A DNA stretch of 64,000 nucleotides, taken from positions 350,219-414,218 of the forward strand of contig NW_005434593.1 of the NCBI RefSeq assembly GCF_000315625.1, given 5' to 3'. The notes under the pieces are model-generated. The model was not told the origin of the DNA and did no database searches. It saw nothing but the letters and a program-made list of their open reading frames with translations. The DNA comes from Guillardia theta CCMP2712. Its lineage: Eukaryota > Protista > Cryptophyta. Position 1 is the first letter of the stretch, and each line of letters starts with the position of its first letter. Of the stretch, positions 61,401-64,000 are shown in pieces. A program made the position numbers and the translations under genes.

Positions 61401-64000
61401 GCAGGGGAGAGAGGATATTGCAGGTATCAAGGGGCGAGGTGCAGAGACCAGGTTTGCAGCAAGACTGAAACCACAGGCGGCACGATACTCTCCTCGAGAG
61501 CGATGACTTGTCCGTCGCCGAGCCGGGAGGCGTACGATGCGGAAGGGCTTGCGAGGGTGACTATAGAGATTGGCGGGGCAGAATACACCGGGGCAGGCAT
61601 GCAGGTGCTCTACGGGAGGGAAGCGACGATATCGGCACTGATACCAAGCTCGGGTCCGGAGGGAGGAGGGGCGCTGGTGACGGTGGTCGGCTCTTGGATA
61701 AGCGGGGTAGGGGGTGCCGGGGTGTACTGCCTTTTTGGGGCAGGACAAGGAAGCAGGGCAGCTGGGCGGGTGGTATCGTCGAGCATGGCAGTATGTATTT
61801 CACAAGCCGGAGAGCTGGAAACATCACGTTGCAGCTGGGCGGGCAGAGCAGGGACGAAGGGACATCCAACGGACTAAGATACGAGTACATGTCAGCCGAC
61901 AGAGGCATACCAGCAGTGGCCGAGCACGTTGCCATGTCTCAAAAGAACGTATCCTTGGAAGCGGTCATTACGCCATCATTTGGCCGTCTGGAAGGCGGCA
62001 CGCGGATATCCGTCGTTGGGATGGGCGAGTCACCCGGGGCGAATGCGGTAGCCCGGTGGCTACATGTGAACTCCTCCAGGCCTTGCGGGCGGGTACCGCA
62101 GGAGGGAGCAGGGTCCAGGGAAGGAGTACTGGTGTGCATCAGCCCGGAAGCCAGGGCACCGGGGTCAGCGTATGTAGCGATCACGGCAGAGGAGGGCACA
62201 GCCACAGCTCAGGAGGGATTCTTGTTCTTGTACGAGCCTGGTGCAAGCGTGAGCAGCATCAGGCCGAGCCGGGGAGGAGATGGGGTAGGTAAGACGAGCA
62301 CAGTGACGGTAGTAGGGAAGCATTTCAAGAACACTCCCAATCTTGTATGCAGAGCCGGGAGAAAAGCATTGTATTCATTTTTGGATGTCGAGCACTTTGG
62401 TTGCGTGCGTGGTGCAAGGCGCCCATTGCAGGTCGGAGAGCTGTAACGTGACGATTGAAGTAAGCAACAACGGAGTAGACTTTTCCGAGGCGGCGCGTGC
62501 TCGGTTTGAGTACCGGGGGAGCGAGATAGGGAGGCTGGAGCCTTCCTGGGGGCTCGCTGGACGAGCGACGGAGGTACGGGTGACGCTGGGGTACAGGGCC
62601 TGGGAGGGAGCGGAGACTGGAGACAGGTTATGTCGCTTCGGGGACGTGGTTGTATCCGGCGTCACGGCGTCAGATACAGGAGGAGGGACGGTGTGCAAAG
62701 CTCCGCCGCAGAGGGTAGGGGTGGTGATGGTGTCCCTGAGCACAGACGGAGGCCTGCACTACGAAGAGGTCGGAGCAGGCTTTGAGTACATTGCGGGCAT
62801 TCAGGTCGTAGGGCTAGAGCCGTCTCNNNNNNNNNNNNNNNNNNNNNNNNNNNNNNNNNNNNNNNNNNNNNNNNNNNNNNNNNNNNNNNNNNNNNNNNNN
62901 NNNNNNNNNNNNNNNNNNNNNNNNNNNNNNNNNNNNNNNNNNNNNNNNNNNNNNNNNNNNNNNNNNNNNNNNNNNNNNNNNNNNNNNNNNNNNNNNNNNN
63001 NNNNNNNNNNNNNNNNNNNNNNNNNNNNNNNNNNNNNNNNNNNNNNNNNNNNNNNNNNNNNNNNNNNNNNNNNNNNNNNNNNNNNNNNNNNNNNNNNNNN
63101 NNNNNNNNNNNNNNNNNNNNNNNNNNNNNNNNNNNNNNNNNNNNNNNNNNNNNNNNNNNNNNNNNNNNNNNNNNNNNNNNNNNNNNNNNNNNNNNNNNNN
63201 NNNNNNNNNNNNNNNNNNNNNGAGGTCTCCTTGGGAGTGGGGGTAGGCGTCAGGGAGCGGAGTGCTGGATCCAGCTCATGAGCCAGGGAACGTGACCGTG
63301 GAGGTAAGCGTCAACGGAGTGATTGGGGAGGGAGGGCCGGGAGATACGAGTACACGGAGGAGTGCATGGTGAGACGGGTAGAGCCGTCGTCAGGTCCGGC
63401 TGAGGGGGGTACGGAGATAACGCTGTACGGGGCTGGGTTTAGCCGGATGGGGCCTTTGACATGCCGGGTAGGGGCGACGTCAGTAGGCGACTTCAGGGTC
63501 TTGTCGGACGAGGCAGGAACATGCAGGACACCCGGGCTCCGGGAGGGAGAGGAAGGGAGCAGGTTGACGGTCGGGCTGGCGAAGGTTGCGATAGGAGGGG
63601 GAGAGAGGAGGGTGTGCCAGGGGGGACCCTTTGTCTATCGAGCGTCCGTGCACGTCCAGACGATCCAACCGTCGGTGGTGTACGGTCGTAGCGGGGTGAG
63701 GCTTTTGATCGAGGGGGAGGGTTTCAGGGCAGGGGAGAGAGGATATTGCAGGTATCAAGGGGCGAGGTGCAGAGACCAGGTTTGCAGCAAGACTGAAACC
63801 ACAGGCGGCACGATACTCTCCTCGAGAGCGATGACTTGTCCGTCGCCGAGCCGGGAGGCGTACGATGCGGAAGGGCTTGCGAGGGTGACTATAGAGATTG
63901 GCGGGGCAGAATACACCGGGGCAGGCATGCAGGTGCTCTACGGGAGGGAAGCGACGATATCGGCACTGATACCAAGCTCGGGTCCGGAGAGAGGAGGGCG
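43405..64000 (+). CDS. Giant secreted/surface protein made of tandem IPT/TIG (plexin/fibrocystin-type Ig-like) repeats; truncated by the right edge
   Basis: Signal MGRIAHILLEALVLLLLNSTDSA; dozens of repeats of P-x-x-G-P-x-x-G-G-T-x-V-x-V-x-G...C-x-F-G...SS...C-x-x-P...V-S-N-N-G-x-D-F/Y; ORFs of 3328 and 1655 aa; introns only before ~45160. Confidence 0.9.
47478..48859 (+). repeat. Intragenic direct duplication: 47478-48019 = 48318-48859 (542 bp, one substitution seen)
   Basis: Both copies run gatttcagtaatgag...agctcaagt; offset 840 bp. Confidence 0.95.
50800..55405 (+). repeat. G-rich module copies: 50800-51214 ~ 53377-53791; ~50970-51968 ~ 54361-55405
   Basis: Near-identical sequence (PTWGIAGGGATVV..., RASLYLSTDGGLTFEDSG..., AMDGVQGKGGRWEAAWC...). 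Confidence 0.95.
54679..54778. other. Assembly gap (100 N); paralogous copy implies a true length of ~57 nt
   Basis: Flanks match 51285 and 51345 in the upstream copy. Confidence 0.9.
56655..57952 (+). repeat. Intragenic direct duplication: 56655-57133 = 57474-57952 (479 bp)
   Basis: Both copies run tggaaagtaccttgttg...atcgtcggatcaa; offset 819 bp. Confidence 0.95.
60011..64000 (+). repeat. Tandem duplication with ~2.33 kb period (60011-60491 ~ 62347-62826; 60888-61659 ~ 63222-63990), interrupted by gaps 60507-60726 and 62827-63221
   Basis: Near-identical sequence at offsets 2334-2336. Confidence 0.9.

Noticed and set aside
63222-63330. Indels relative to the first copy
   Set aside because: Adjacent to a gap, so probably low-quality contig-end bases.

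Overview
Eukaryotic nuclear DNA with dense, short (~45-60 nt) GT-AG introns, many (GGA)n/(CCT)n microsatellites and signal-peptide-plus-transit-peptide leaders. This points to an alga with a complex plastid, most likely a cryptophyte such as Guillardia theta (inference). Gene models were spliced by eye, so some termini are approximate. Recognisable genes: Tim17, a HELQ/POLQ-type helicase, a probably plastid-targeted fructosamine-3-kinase-family protein, a Sel1-repeat protein, an organellar class II lysyl-tRNA synthetase, a SAM-dependent methyltransferase and a kinesin-14. The most unusual items are: (1) a Ser/Thr kinase whose activation segment (between DFG and GTxxYMPPE) contains an inserted four-EF-hand calmodulin-like domain and which has a bipartite-looking leader; (2) a >20 kb gene for a giant secreted/surface IPT/TIG-repeat protein built as a mosaic of AT-rich unique blocks and near-identical G-rich blocks, running off the right end; (3) two head-to-head copies of a 53-aa acidic peptide gene with 161/162 identical coding nucleotides but unrelated flanks, possibly an ejectisome (Tri-like) protein; (4) two genes with Ly6/uPAR three-finger-like cysteine patterns; (5) decayed Gypsy-like and Copia-like relics and intergenic tracts rich in GGGGTA/TACCCC. 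There are four assembly gaps.
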